From contig CM074809.1 of the NCBI GenBank assembly GCA_037447605.1, positions 2,222,689 through 2,286,688 of the forward strand: a DNA stretch of 64,000 nucleotides. Reading direction: 5' to 3'. This DNA comes from Zygnema circumcarinatum SAG 698-1b (taxonomy: Eukaryota; Plantae; Zygnematophyceae). The notes below the pieces were generated by a model. It ran no database searches and was not told where the DNA came from. It saw only the letters and a program-made list of their open reading frames with translations. Both the position numbers and the translations under genes were made by a program. Positions 1 through 11,652 of this stretch are shown one piece after another. How positions within the stretch are numbered: position 1 is the first letter of the stretch; each line of letters begins with the position of its first letter.

Positions 1-1243
1 GGAGCTGCTCGCATGCCTTCAACCTGGAATTTGCAAACCGCTAGTGATTGCTCAATTTCTCCTAACTTTCTAAAAAGATCAAACCCCAACGAGGCGAGAA
101 AAAAATCCAGAAATGGCTTGACATCTCTGGCAATCCTGGGATTCACCAGCACACTATAAACACACTGTTATTGTTCCCTCCCAGCTGGAAAAACTATACT
201 GGCAGCCTGCAAACAAGCCCTCAGAATGCCTAGGGAAAAGTTGAAGAAGCCTGAATCTCTATCTCTGTTATGGCAGACAGCAGCCCAGGCACTGTCAGCT
301 GTATGACAACACTGCTTACCTGAAAAAGTATTGTCAATCTAGAAAGAGGAGCCGTACAGGTTTTGCTGATTGCTCCTGCCACACCTCCTGCGAGAAGCTG
401 TGCGGCTGTACTCAGCTGCACAGGCCTGACTACCGACTCTGTCGCTTCTGGGCTCAGTCTTTCTAAGTCGTCTACTCGAGGTTGCGGCGGCAATGCATGA
501 TCGGGCCTGCAGAAATGGACAAGCAGACCCGTCTTTACAACTTTCACATTCAAAGAATTGAAAGACAGGGGAGGAAAACACGAAGTGGAGAACAGAAAGG
601 GAAAAACCACCTAAAACTACACGCTCGTGCCTATGAGATAAGTTTCCTAAACAGGAACATCTCTATTACATCATATAAAAGTAGGACGCTTGAAGCATAA
701 GAATGATACCTATTTATACTATTGTCTATTTATTTATTTTATTTATCTATTCAGTTTATAGATTGAGAAACAAACTAACGATAAGCATTCCTCCCGATTT
801 TTCTCTCATTAGGAGCCATAAAAATTAGAAAGAATTGCCTTAAAATGCAAGGAAGGCATTAACGACAAAACATTCTCACGTATGTCCAAAAAAAATACCT
901 CGAGTACAACAAGACAAAAAAAAGGGTTAAGCGTTTCAAGAGGCGTCATGAATTTATCAAAAGGAAAATGCGCTCATTTGACATTTTTCACAAAGGAGTC
1001 ACGTTCTGACTTGATTTGTCAACTCCTGTCTGTGAAGCAGAAGGTATCGCTCTTGCAGTACCTAATGGGTTCATCTTCCGCCAACACTGCAGGAGCAGCG
1101 CGACTGTTGTCGTGGATGCCTCCCACTGAGCCCACCCGAGACTTTCCCAGTTGCGGGATACTCGCTGAATTCGAAGATACGCCCCCCCCGTGACCTGGAT
1201 GCAGGCGCGACTCCGCCGCTGCGTCTACGTGCATGACGGCCAT
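1..1243 (-). CDS. Mitochondrial substrate carrier (SLC25/MCF) protein, 5' part; exons 1243-1062, 506-320, 23-<1; continues beyond window
   Basis: Spliced frame reads ...QLLAGGVAGAISKTCTAPLSRLTILFQ|VEGMRAA, the first carrier repeat typical of plant MCF proteins. GT-AG junctions keep phase (AG|G at 1062/506; CAG|GTT at 320/23). Confidence 0.9.
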
Positions 1244-1685
1244 GCGCGAGGAACCCTAAACTTCAGCACAGAGACCTCACCTTCGCCAGCAAACTACACG
1301 CTGCGCGATGCAACTTCCACAGCTTCTACCAAATCCTTCAATTACTGAACATAAAAGTTTCCGGCCGAATTTCTCAAACGCTCCCTATAGAACTTAAAAT
1401 AACGAACCATGCAGCCGGAAGTACGAACGAAGCTCTAGCAGTCTCAACGTACGCACTAAGCAGCCGATAGCCCCTCGTCTCCTCCCTCCACCTCCCTCCA
1501 CCTCCCTCCACCTCCCTCCCTCCCGCCCGCCCGCCAGCGCCTGAGCGGGCAGGGCAGCTCAAGAGGCCTCCCGCGCCGCAAATAATGATTCTGCAGCGTT
1601 CCATGCGCGCCGCCCCGTTCTACGGGACGGGCGGCCGTTCCAGCTTCGTCCTCCGCCCGCTGGCGCCTCCCCTTCACCTCGCACT

Positions 1686-1774
1686 CGTCCGTCCGTCCGT
1701 CCGTCCATCCATCCGTCCGTCCGTCCGTCCATCCGTCCGTCCGTCCGTCCGTCCATCCGTCCGTCCGTCCGTCC
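1686..1774 (+). repeat. (CCGT)n / (CCAT) tetranucleotide microsatellite in a GC-rich upstream region
   Basis: Directly visible; similar GGAC/CCGT runs occur at ~37040-37065 and ~38157-38180. Confidence 0.9.
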
Positions 1775-2332
1775 ACTACGCGGCTAGGGCCAAACCAAAG
1801 ACATGAAAATTGGCATTGGCGTTCACAAAATCATTTCAAGGCCGTACTAGCGGTACAAAATTTCGATCAATGCTGAACTGCCACGTGTCTAATTCTGTCT
1901 ACGTGGCATGTTTCCATTATTTGGAAGATACAGTACTCGATTTACAGTAAGCGATGGTCGAGGTCTGAGGAAAATTGGGCGAAAATCTTGGAATTTGAAA
2001 ATATATCGAAGTCCGTGTTAACAGTAGGCGGGCAGTATTATGTTAAGAGTCCGGCCTGCGGCCGTACTGTTTCTCACTGTACTGTACGGAGGCACATGGC
2101 CGACCGGCGGGCCCTGTCGCGAGCTCCTATTGGTGCCGTATATTTGACTTACACTATCTCCTATTGGTGCCGTACATATACGGTACGATTTATAGATTTT
2201 ACCCGTACTTACCGTACATCTAAATAGCGTGACCCATGTTCGAAATCAGTTTCGATTATTTTTGTATTGGAAAATAAGTCAGGAATGGCTAGTACCCCTG
2301 ATACATTAACACAGTCGACGGGGAGGGGAAAC

Positions 2333-5300
2333 TTTCATTGAACTCGCGATGGCGAGGCCATCAAATGTACATGGACAAAGGCAAAATGTGGAACCACGAA
2401 GGACTGGTCACAAAGGACCAAAACACAATAACACGAAGCTAGGAGCGGAAAACTACGCCTAGGCACAACAACGCAGCCCTAGAAGCAGCCGCGAAGGTCA
2501 CCGATATGAGGCATGTCGCGAGGAGGGAGCGGCGGAAGTCCACCAACACGATCACCAACAACTGAAGCAGCACCGGTAGTTTAGAGTTTAGGCACTGGCG
2601 GCTACCAGCCGTTTTCTGCCTGCGCGTCAGCGATCTCCGCTTTGAGAGGGCTTCCCGTCGCGACCGGCAGCTGGCGCAAATACCGCAGCAGCGTATCCAA
2701 ACCGCAAGCCGGAGCCAAAATCACGGCCATGTAATTTAAACCGCCGCCTATCGGAGCGGCGGCAACGCCCGCGGGCGTCGACGCAGCAGCCACGCTCATG
2801 ATGGGCTGCACGGACAATAAATCACCATCGGGTTGATCGGCCAACACAATATCCCCAAAAATGCGCGCCGCACCATCCATAAGAGCCAAATCAGGGCGAA
2901 CTCCACGCCAGCCAATGGTCAGTCGGCCGGGGGACACCAGTGGCTCGGGCCCGCCGCACGCGTAAGGCTTCTTGAGCCACCGCAAGAATCGTATCGCCAA
3001 GACAACATTATGAGCCAAAATGCGTCATCAGCGCGATCAAGAAGATGAACGCCTTACATCAATCGAATCACCACAAACACAACGAGGAGAACCTCGCACG
3101 GCGGATGTAAGCCCAGACGGTCGCTACTTAAGCTGGCCTGGGGTCAAACGGCGTGGAAAAATATCGTAACAGCCAACCAAGCCCCAGCTCCGTGACCTGA
3201 GACAAGAACGGGTTTGTGCACGCCGCAACAATTTGGCGAAGAGCCGCATAAGGGTAGTAGAAACTCAAGAAGAATAACCTCATCAGTCATCAAAGTGAGT
3301 CGGACACGCGGAACGGGACTCGACGGCAAGCGTAACAAACGGGGGCGAACGAGCCTGAGCACTAGCAGGAAGCAAACCATGGGCATCACGCAATGCAACC
3401 TGAAACGGAAGATCACCATCATCAACATGAGCGCATAACAGATCAAGCAACGGACTTATCAGCCACATTAAACGCTGGCCAAAATAGAGCAACAAGAGCC
3501 CAACTACCCAAAAACGCAGTAGGCGCCACACGAACTGTCGGGATGAGTCCTAAACCGCCTGGCCGAAATAGGGAGCGAGGCTTGCGTACGTGCAAGCGGA
3601 CCCTCCGGTCGATCGAAAATACCAGGACCCAAAAGGCGGTGACATACAGAAAACAAACGCTCATCGAAAGATCGCAATGACTCAAGGAAAGCAGGGTTAG
3701 GAGGGAGAGTTCGCAAAAGGTATGACGAACGCAAAGCAAAACAACGAGTAAGCAAAGAAAAAGCCACCTGAGGATCTGAAAGATGTGGAAGCTCATCGAC
3801 CTGAGACGTATCCTCAACCAAAGCATCATCAACAAAACGATCAACATAAGATGCAACGCCAAAAGGGCAGCCTAAAACACGAATACCAATTCCATCAGCA
3901 CAAGTATGGATACCACAAGGGAGCGAAAGGGTAGAAGGGATACCAACCGGAGACCAAGCAAAACACTNNNNNNNNNNGAAAAATGGTCCTGAAAGGCCCC
4001 TTGTAACTGAAAACACATAGCGCGAGCAACCATGCGATACAAAACCTCCCCTACGGCTATTGGGCGAACTCCCCCTGCGGGCTTGGCAAGGGCAACCAAA
4101 CGAGCGGACGTAAGGATATGACTCACGGACGAGGGCACACGACCCTGCGATATTACACAAGCAAGCTGAAAAAGCAAACCAAACCCACTATCCCCGGTGT
4201 CTGGAGAAAACACATCACGAAGCAACTCATAAACCATGCCCGAAGGCCCCCCTGCAGACAAATGAGGGGAGCGAGTAAGCGCCCGAATGAAAGCGGCACG
4301 ATCAAGCACAAACGAGTCGACAGGCTCAAAAGTGTCGATGAAAGAAGGGACATCCGCAGTCGCATCCGGATGGAGAGTCCGAAGGCGATCCAAAGTGTCG
4401 TTGTTGGCCGGGGCAGGCGTAAAGGGTCGAAGAGCGCGAGCAGCGCGAGACAACTCCCCGCATCGGCCTAACTGAACCGCCCGACGATGTCGAGCTGAGG
4501 CGTCCGAAAGGGAGGGCGGGCGAGTGGCAGCGGACGCCGACAGGGCACGAATGCGATCAGCGTGCTCGGCCTGCAAAAGCTCCCAATCCCCACCCAAAAA
4601 ACGAAGACACCGCCGACGGGTCTCGCGAACGGCGCTGGCCCCACCACGAGGAGGCAAAATTAAAACCCAAAGGGGGAAAAGAAGAAGGACATGCCATGCA
4701 GCAACATCGGATGGATCACATGCAAGACGAGCAAGAGGCAAACGCAAAGCATCACGAACACAAACACGCAAAGCCCGTGGGATACGAGCGTAAAGACGAG
4801 GACGACGGGACCCAACAAAAAACGACCCAAGGACATCTAAAGACCGAGCATACGCCCAAGCAGCCGGGCTAGGCCCGACATGCAAAGCAGACCCAGGGGT
4901 GGCAGTGACGGGTACAGAAGAAGAGGGAGTAGAAGAAGGGTCGACGATGGGAGGAGGACGAAGAGGACACGCGCGCATATGCCGGGACAAACCCGCACCC
5001 TGACCAAAACAATTTCCACAATGATCACAAGGAACCCGGGGGAGAGGCCTGGGGCGAGCAGCAAGAGGGGAAGAAGGAAGAGGGGAAGAACGGACAGGAG
5101 GGGGAAGAACAACAGCAGATGACAAGGCAAGGGGGTGGGAAGGGGAAGGGGAACGAGAGGAGCGACGAAGAGGCATGACGAAGGAGAAGGAAATGGAAGA
5201 GGGGAGGGAAGCGGGTTGGCGGGGAGGAGAAAGGGGAGGGAAGGGTAGGGAAGGGAAGGGAAGGGACGGGAAGGGGAGGGAGAGGAAAGGAAAGGAATGG

Positions 5301-5520
5301 CGAGAGGAATAAGGGTACGGAAAAGAAGGGAAAGGGGAAAGGATAAGGGAAGGGGATGGAAGGGAAGGGGTAAAGGAAGGGGAGGGAAAGAAAGGGAGGG
5401 GAGGCGGGGGGGGGGAGGAAAGGGAAGGGAAGAGGAGGGAAGAGAAGGGACAGGAAAGAAAAGAGAGAAGGGAGAAGAAAGGGGGGAATACGGGAAACGA
5501 AGGGGATGGGAAAGGAAGGG
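2333..5520 (-). mobile_element. CRE-clade non-LTR retrotransposon, near full length and decayed (frameshifts; RT core lost in gap 3968-3977); disrupted ORF 5176-2479
   Basis: N-terminal C2H2 finger CDHCGNCFGQGAGLSRHMRAC; RT N-terminal motifs SAGGPSG and ARLVALAKPAGGVRPIAVGEVLYRMVAR; post-RT LP...GGLGL and GAGAWL; RLE motif VRPDLAL; C-terminus PHIGDLRGCF*; ~140-nt 3'UTR; pyrimidine-rich 5'UTR. Confidence 0.85.
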
Positions 5521-5545
5521 ATCACGATCACGTTATAATCACGAT

Positions 5546-6023
5546 TCTAATCACGTTATAGTGACTGTGTAGGTCCCCACATGTGTGTGTCACTATATCG
5601 ATAATGACCCGTTTGTCATTTCACATTTATAGTAACAATGTTATTAGATATGTTTTTGCGGTATATCCGTACGCTTTTGATACCGTACATTGTACTTTTT
5701 GGGCAGTCGTCACGTGGGTAGGTGTGTACGAACCCTAGTGAGCATGTGTACGGACAAGTTGATATGTACGGTCAAGTCGATATCTGACGGTATTAGTCGA
5801 TAATGTGTACGGTCGTAATATATTTGTAACGCATATTCCAATACGTGGGTGGATAATATCGACATTTTGAACATATAGTAACAATTAGGGCTTTTCAGCG
5901 TCGTTATATCCGTAATGGCGTCACTACTGGCGCAGGATCTGCAGTGTTGCAATTCCGTTCCCGGGAAAAAAGTCAGTATATCCATGCTGTTCTTATAAAC
6001 AGTGTCACTATAACGTGATTAGA
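5546..6023. mobile_element. MITE-like element with 20-bp terminal inverted repeats
   Basis: TCTAATCACGTTATAGTGAC (5546-5565) vs GTCACTATAACGTGATTAGA (6004-6023); no coding capacity; can also be read as TA-flanked (possible TA TSD). Confidence 0.7.
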
Positions 6024-6221
6024 CTGCACAGACTTACCGTACTAAAAGTAGTTTCCTCAAAATCAGGGCGAATTTCTTGGGTAACGAAGTACTGGGGTGG
6101 AAAATATTTGGGGGGGGGGGGGGGGGAAAGGGGGCACTGTACAGTACTGTAGCGGATTACAGTACCGTACACGGAATTGTACGAACAACAGCAACATGGA
6201 GAACCACGAAAAGCGCTCACA

Positions 6222-6706
6222 CCCTAACCCTAACCCTAACCCTAACCCTAACCCTAACCCTAACCCTAACCCTAACCCTAACCCTAACCCTAACCCTAAC
6301 CCTAACCCTAACCCTAACCCTAACCCTAACCCTAACCCTAACCCTAACCCTAACCCTAACCCTAACCCTAACCCTAACCCTAATCCTAAACCTAATCCTA
6401 ACCCTAACCCTAACCCTAACGCTAGCCCTAAGCCTAACCCTAACCCTAACCCTAACGCTAACCCTAAGTCTAACCCTAACCCTAACGCTAACCCTAAGTC
6501 TAACCCTAACCCTAACGCTAACCCTAAGTCTAACCCTAACGCTAACCCTAAGTCTAACCCTAACCCTAACGCTAACCCTAAGTCTAACCCTAACCCTAAC
6601 GCTAACCCTAAGTCTAACCCTAACGCTAACCCTAAGTCTAACCCTAACCCTAACCCTAACCCTAACCCTAACCCTACCCTAAACCTAAGCCTAACCCTAA
6701 CCCTAA
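6222..6706 (+). repeat. Interstitial telomere-type (CCCTAA)n/(TTAGGG)n tract, ~80 units
   Basis: Perfect CCCTAA 6222-~6383, then variant units (TCCTAA, CGCTAA, CCTAAG, GTCTAA). Confidence 0.95.
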
Positions 6707-6787
6707 AAGTTTCGCCCCTCGCAAACCCTCTCCCGCAGAGCCCCGCGCTCGCTCGCTCGCTCGCAGGAGGAAGGGAGGGCGCCATCC

Positions 6788-7993
6788 ATGGCGGACGCGT
6801 TCATCCGCGCGGTGGCGCGCATGGCGGTGGCGCAGATCTGCGAGGACTCCAAGTTCCAGGCGGCGCAGCGGCCGGCGCTGGACGCGCTGGCGGACCTCCT
6901 GCTGCGCTTCCTGCGCGAGGCGGGCAAGGCCGCGCAGGGCTACGCCGAGCACGCGGGCCGCGCGCAGGCCAACCTCGCAGACGCGCTGCTTGCACTGGGG
7001 GACCTCTCCGTCGCTCTCCCCGACGTCATCCTCTACGCCGAGGCCGTGGACGAGGCGCCCTTTGTCAGGCCTGTGCCGCGCTTCCCTGTTCGGAAAAAAC
7101 CGCGGCTGAGGACTCCCAGCTTCTTGCAGAAAGGGGAAGTTCCGCCGAACGAGGCGATTCCGCCATGGCTCCCGGCGCTTCCCGACAAGCATACGTATAT
7201 GGCGACACCGGTGTGGCCGGAGAAGAGGCGGGAATTGAAGGCGGAGCAGTTAGAGCAGGGGAGAGAGAGAAGGCGGGCGGAGAAATCGTTGGTTGCGCTT
7301 CATGAAAGGGTTGGAGCTTTGCCACGGGTCGTCTCTGAGAGACCTGTCGGCGCCACGCAAGTTCTTTGGGGACGAGTGACTGACGTCGCAGCTCCTGGAA
7401 TTCAGTCGGGCTCACTTCTTGCGGGTCTAATATCTGGCGAGGCGGTAAGGAAGTCCAGCAATGATGCCTACCTTCCGCCGCTCCTTCCAGAAGTAGCTGT
7501 GCAGGTGAATCCCGTGCCAGATTTTGGTTACTCTGCTGAGGATGTGGCGATCACAGACGAAGGTAAAAGAGTAGAGGAGGGTTCTATGCCAGTTAAGACC
7601 GTCCTTGATGTGTTTCCGGAGTTAGTGGCGGCGGGTAAACGGATGAAAGAGAGCCAGGATGACGAAGACATGGAGGACAGAATGGATAAGGGGGTTGGAG
7701 AGGGAAGCAGCGCAGCTTTATGGTCTGGCTGGTCAGTTCCAGAAACTAAAGTTGTTGCACGAGCTGGAGCGCTATCATTTGATTGGAGCAGCAAAATGAA
7801 GCGGAGAGCATTGGAAATTCGTCAGCTATACGAGAGTGAATCACGTACAGAGCAGAGAAAAGAGGAAAAGAAAGAAACAGGGAAGGAGGAGGATGAGAAG
7901 TTAAAGAGAGCAGAGCAAATATTCGACCAGGCGGATAAGTTGGAGGAGGAAGAGGAGAGAGGGAGTGGCATGGAGAGGCATATTACTGACTGA
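6788..7993 (+). CDS. TAF8: TFIID subunit 8 (TAF8), single exon, 401 aa
   Basis: N-terminal BTP histone fold ([13 protein letters not shown]...[37 protein letters not shown]) and TAF8_C motif [14 protein letters not shown]. Confidence 0.92.
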   Translation: MADAFIRAVARMAVAQICEDSKFQAAQRPALDALADLLLRFLREAGKAAQGYAEHAGRAQANLADALLALGDLSVALPDVILYAEAVDEAPFVRPVPRFPVRKKPRLRTPSFLQKGEVPPNEAIPPWLPALPDKHTYMATPVWPEKRRELKAEQLEQGRERRRAEKSLVALHERVGALPRVVSERPVGATQVLWGRVTDVAAPGIQSGSLLAGLISGEAVRKSSNDAYLPPLLPEVAVQVNPVPDFGYSAEDVAITDEGKRVEEGSMPVKTVLDVFPELVAAGKRMKESQDDEDMEDRMDKGVGEGSSAALWSGWSVPETKVVARAGALSFDWSSKMKRRALEIRQLYESESRTEQRKEEKKETGKEEDEKLKRAEQIFDQADKLEEEEERGSGMERHITD

Positions 7994-9520
7994 ATTTTTG
8001 ATGCATAAGTTTCGTTGCTTTCAATCACGTCGAGGTTCAAGGTTGAAATATGTGCACCTCAGGGAAGCTGCTCGGGACCTTTACGAGAGTTTACAACTTC
8101 TGTGAGTTCGAGGTTCCATTTGCAATAGATTTTCTACAGGACTGTAGTGAGAATTGGGATTGCTCTGCAAGACAGTTTCGCTGCCCAAGGCGCCAGGCAC
8201 ATCATAACTGGCCTTCGACAGCCCACTATCTTTAAGGGAGGTGGACTAGACCTGTGAGTTGGATGCAATTATGCTCCACCAGAGCTGCAATCATGAGCTT
8301 TTGAAGCCATGTGCGCCAGGTATGCTGCAAGCCTCCCGCTAAGATCCCACAATCTTGTAGAATGGTAAATGTCCAGGAAAGAAATTGTAAATGTACACGG
8401 CAGGCCAGTGTGTGTTTACTTGATTTCATGCACGCATTCACTCAGCCGCATCCAGGCTGGAGTATATGAAGTGGTAACGGCTGCAGTCATGGTTCGCCAA
8501 TCTCTAGCATGTCCAAGTTTTAGTTCCACACTTTGTTATCGATGTGCTTCATTCCGAGATTTAGAGTATCTTGTTGATACAAGGCGATGATTCACTTGCC
8601 ATCTCGCTGTTCGTTTTCTGTACAGCGGAATAAAGGGGAGCGCCAAGTGGTGAAAAGACGGAATATGGATGACTCGTCATGTTGGAATTCAATGACAAAC
8701 TTGTTCCCTTCTCTTGGGATTTGGTCGAACTCTTTTCTCGAGCATGACGTTGAAACCTAGTGTTTATTAAGAAATGTGGGTATGGATTTTGCTCTGGGTT
8801 TTGGAGCCCTTGCAATACCTGGTGCGGTATAGAGGCTTTACAAAAAAACGAAATGTTAAGAGATTTTTCCTCAAAAGGGTTGCATAGACCTTGTCTTCAT
8901 CAGATGGGTTTGCTTTTTGGTCCAATTTGCAGAGCAGTTTTTCGTTCGCGGTATTGTGTGCCTGAGCTGCCTGACCCAACTTAATGCTTCGTCATAAGCA
9001 CGAAAAGGAGCAACTCACGCTCTGACGGCTGCATGTTTTGAAGTCGAAGCGATTGAGCTGATGCTCCATGTGCAAGGCTGTGCATTGGATCGGTGTTGAC
9101 ACATGGGAAGCCCAGAGGGACTACCGTACATGTATTTTGAGTTGGATTCAGAATTCTAGAATTCAGAACAGGTGAATGAATCAGTCACTTGCTGCATGTT
9201 TTTGCATCATCGCCGTATGGGCAATCGTGCCACAATGAACATCCTTCGATGGTTCTGTGCCATGCGAAGCGATGTACAGCGTGTCACGCTGTCAAGCAAT
9301 GCAAGGAAGACAAATAAGAGCAGTCCCATGAACATTGGTGTCTCAGCTGACCTGTGCCAAATCCACCTTTATTCACAATCATGGTGACAAAAGACGGTGA
9401 CGCTTATAATCCTCCTTTTCCTGGGTATATTACAATGGAAAACTCTTTCAAAAGCAGAAATGCAAGACCATTCACTACCGTCCTGAACGTCATTTCAACA
9501 TATGTACAGCAAGCTCTAAC

Positions 9521-11469
9521 TTAGTTCCGGCCTATTGGAAGGTTCCTGCAGGAATAAGTCTCTTTAGAAGTCTCTTTTCTCGAGGACACAAAAATAGAGG
9601 AGTACACTGATTTTGTGGCTCCTTCAGGCACATGGTTTGATGCCTTAAACCGCTTGGGCTCCTCCACTCTGTCTGATCCTTTTGGCCTGGCTACCGGATC
9701 TCGCTCTCCTCCAGCTGCCATCGATGTTACAATACCAGTTGAAACTTTAAGGGACGATTTTCGCTTGAGGCCCACAAGACCATCAGCCTCCCGCAACTCC
9801 CCAGTGGCCGGTATAACACCCCCCATTCTACTTGTGATAGTTGCATCCTTCACCAAAAGGTCACCTTTTGCCGAATCTTCGTATACCTTCTCTGTTTTCT
9901 TTTCTTTCTTCGAACCTTTCACCTTTGACTTGGCTCGTTCTTGCTCCATGCGCACTCGTAAAGCATCTACTTCCGCCTCCGTGCCATTTATCGTTATCTT
10001 GTCATGTTCCTCAAATGGTGTATGACAGACAAGGCAAGCGGACGTCTGTACCTCTTTTAATGCTCGTGCGCTAAGAACGTGCCCACAACTTCGCAGTGCG
10101 TAAAATTTGAAAAGACCATTGAACTCCAGTCCTGTGATTGGGCAATGGAATCTGTACACAGTGCAGCCAAAAAGCAAATGTCAACTCTCGGTAAAACTTT
10201 CAGCCTCACAGCCAAGGTCATTGAATCTGCGTCAGAACAACCACAAACAGGGTGCAACACTGCACTTGTTCGAGGGGAAAAACCTTTCGTACTGAATCAG
10301 GAACATGCACACGTTTGACACAAAACAGAGCAAGAGCATCCCTCGGCTTTAGAAAAACAGCGACTTCCATACTGGTGCCTTGGGCAGGGTTAGTGACAAG
10401 CATTCCCACAATGGCGAATGAAATGACAAATAACGAAGGAACTTGTCCTTTGGGAAACTACATACAGGTTTCCCAACCCTTTGTTCTTTTAGAAAAGCAA
10501 CTCGAAAACCCTCGTAAGTTGTGAAACAAAGGCCACCACATTCACCAAAACCCTGGCTCCACAAGGGTTCACAATAGTTGATATTCGCCACAGATTTCTT
10601 TTCAAAAGGGGCAGGAAATTGACAGAAACAAAAATGACGAGTGCCATCTCAAATACTTCGCTGAGACTATAAAAACGAAAAAGCCAGTGCGAGGGTGAAC
10701 TACACAGTTCGACGAAGAAAGAAGAGAGTGGTCGCTTTTCCACTTGACGCCACCCAACTGGATGTAAGAAATGTTCCGAAAAATCAGTTTCCTCACAAGA
10801 AAGCAGACACCGAGGAACCTGCATGAAACTTCTAATATAGCCGTCTGCTGCCTCTTGCCATATTCATTAGAACTGAGGAATTCACCGGAATGAGACTCAC
10901 CTGCTTGCATCGCTGCCATTCTTCTTGTCTGTAGTTGCTGGATTTTCCGTCAAATGAATGGTCACAATATCCCGCAAGCCCCTCAAATGACTCATCCTTG
11001 AAGGCATCGACTTGCTAACAAGCGCCTGGATTACAGCCTCCTTGTTAAAGAGGTTTCCCAAAAAATCGACTGCACATGGTGGAGCGAGTGCCACTCCAGA
11101 CAATTTGCACTGCATCCACTTCGCCAGCCGCGCTTCATTCGGATCCACCTTGTCCGGCTTCTTGTCCAGGTACATCGATAGATAGCAGTCTCTGGACTCG
11201 GCTCCTGTCGCGCCGCCATCCCCTCCTCCCCCTCGTAGAGATAGTCCCAATTCTAGGGTTTCCCCACCCCGCAACCCGCAGGCCGACACGCGCGCCTCGT
11301 CAGGACAGTGCCTTCCCCCATACCAAACACGCGAGGCGCGAAGGAGGTCCTGCGGGGCATTCGGCCAGGACGAGTCGAAGACAGCGCTCTTCACCTGCTC
11401 AATGGTTTCCGAGCTCTTTGCAGAAGCCGTTACCAGCGGGCCCCAGGCTGTCCGGAAAAATAGCTGCAT
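9521..11469 (-). CDS. RTF2: Replication termination factor 2 / Rtf2 RING-like protein with N-terminal ubiquitin-like domain; exons 11469-10901, 10151-9521 (399 aa)
   Basis: GGDGGATGAESRDCYL, LGNLFNKEAVIQAL, FHCPITGLEFNG..F.ALRSCGHVLS..AL, CLVC; phase-consistent GT-AG intron (AG|A). Confidence 0.92.
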
Positions 11470-11510
11470 GTCGGGGGATGCAGGCTGCGGTATGCGGGCG
11501 GAATACGAGC

Positions 11511-11520
11511 TTTAGGGTTT
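11511..11520 (-). promoter_or_regulatory. Telo-box (AAACCCTAAA) upstream of RTF2; similar AACCCTAA motifs at ~1253 (carrier gene) and ~27475
   Basis: TTTAGGGTTT ~45 nt upstream of the RTF2 ATG; telo-boxes are known plant promoter elements. Confidence 0.5.
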
Positions 11521-11652
11521 CCGAGCTGAAATGAAGGCAGGATGGAAGGAAGCAGGCGGGGAGCTGAGTGGTTTCCCTCGTCGGCAAGCCTTTTCTCTCT
11601 CTGCGGTAGCCGTACGACCATTAATTTGAACAATTGAACTTTCTTTTTGGAA

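Noticed and set aside
6063-7305. Long ORFs (LTLTLT, PNPNPN, GLGLGL) across the telomeric tract
   Set aside because: Stop-free translations of (CCCTAA)n; the only credible CDS is TAF8 from 6788.
6788-7993. Intronless TAF8 as a retrocopy
   Set aside because: No poly(A) remnant or TSD, and the ORF is intact; a lack of introns alone is not evidence.
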